This document shows, piece by piece, positions 63,316 through 64,000 of a DNA stretch of 64,000 nt; the first letter of the stretch is position 1, and the number at the start of each line of letters is the position of its first letter. Source of the DNA: Octopus sinensis (taxonomy: Eukaryota); the NCBI RefSeq assembly GCF_006345805.1, contig NC_043005.1, positions 31,806,001 to 31,870,000 of the forward strand. Reading direction: 5' to 3'. The translations under genes were made by a program, and so were the position numbers. A model generated the notes under the pieces. That model had not been told where the DNA came from. It ran no database searches and was given only the letters and a program-made list of their open reading frames with translations.

Positions 63316-64000
63316 ACAACAGACAAGATGAGGACAAATATCTGTCAAATGTAAATAATATGAATACAACTAAGTATATTAAGAAAAATGTGTATGTGCG
63401 TGTGTGTGCGTTTGTGTGCGTGTGTGTGTGCACGTTCGTATGCATGTGTGAAGTCTGTTTTGTCTCGAGGCGTTAGGTTCATTAGGCTGGAGTTTATTTA
63501 GTTTCGATTGCAATTAACTGACCGAGAGTACAAGACAACCACTTCTACGGGTTGCCATTCTGTCGCAGGCTTATATATATAAAACTTACTTGGAAAAGGA
63601 TGCGTGGCATTCGATCATATAATAATATAAATAATATATAAATATATGCATACATATACATACATATATGTACATACCTACATATATATGTATATATACA
63701 TACATATATGGGTACAAGACATTAAAAAAACGTTGAACACAACGAGAAACGAAAACATAAAAACAAAAACATAGAAAAGAACTTTTTTTCAAACAGCGAA
63801 AAAAAACAGAGAAACAAGACATACAACACAAGGAATATCCCCCTTCTTCAGTTGTCCCTGTTTCGTCTACTCCACGTTTCGAAGGTAAGGACAAGATGCG
63901 ACTTCGTTGAAACAATCCTTCCCGCAAAGCAAATTAAATAAGATTTGGGATGTGTGTGTGTGTCTGTGTGTAGTAAAAGGAGGAATATTATTATCGCCAG

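Larger units (their letters stand above)
61998..63362 (-). mobile_element. tRNA-(AAT)n-hammerhead module with inverted tail fragment and 14-bp TSD
   Basis: Head 63200-63274 (minus), tail 61998-62165 (minus, decayed hammerhead), inverted tail 63274-63362 (plus). AATACAACTAAATA at 61984-61997 versus AATACAACTAAGTA at 63363-63376. Confidence 0.85.

Overview
AT-rich, microsatellite-laden animal genomic DNA. The SINE families look like those I associate with coleoid cephalopods, probably Octopus; this is recognition from memory and was not checked against a database. Only one convincing host gene is present: a single-coding-exon BTB-BACK protein with a degenerate Kelch-like C-terminus (43754-45652, minus strand). 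The rest is a patchwork of decayed mobile elements: several tRNA-derived SINE families, R4/Dong-type, Tx1-type, CR1-type and RTE-type LINEs, a Ty3/Gypsy remnant, and Tc1/mariner, pogo/Tigger, hAT and Helitron remnants. There are also Penelope-like (PLE) fragments and two long foldback structures. The most interesting structure is a recurring module (three loci, four tRNA-like heads) made of a tRNA-like Pol III promoter, an (AAT)n tract and a minimal type I hammerhead ribozyme motif, attached to the 3' end of a PLE GIY-YIG ORF. At two loci it inserted as divergent inverted pairs with 13-14 bp target-site duplications. At two loci its (AAT)n tract carries an R4/Dong-type LINE in the same orientation. 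No ribozyme copy is perfectly intact, and every functional statement is inference. Coordinates of decayed elements are approximate, within tens of bp.
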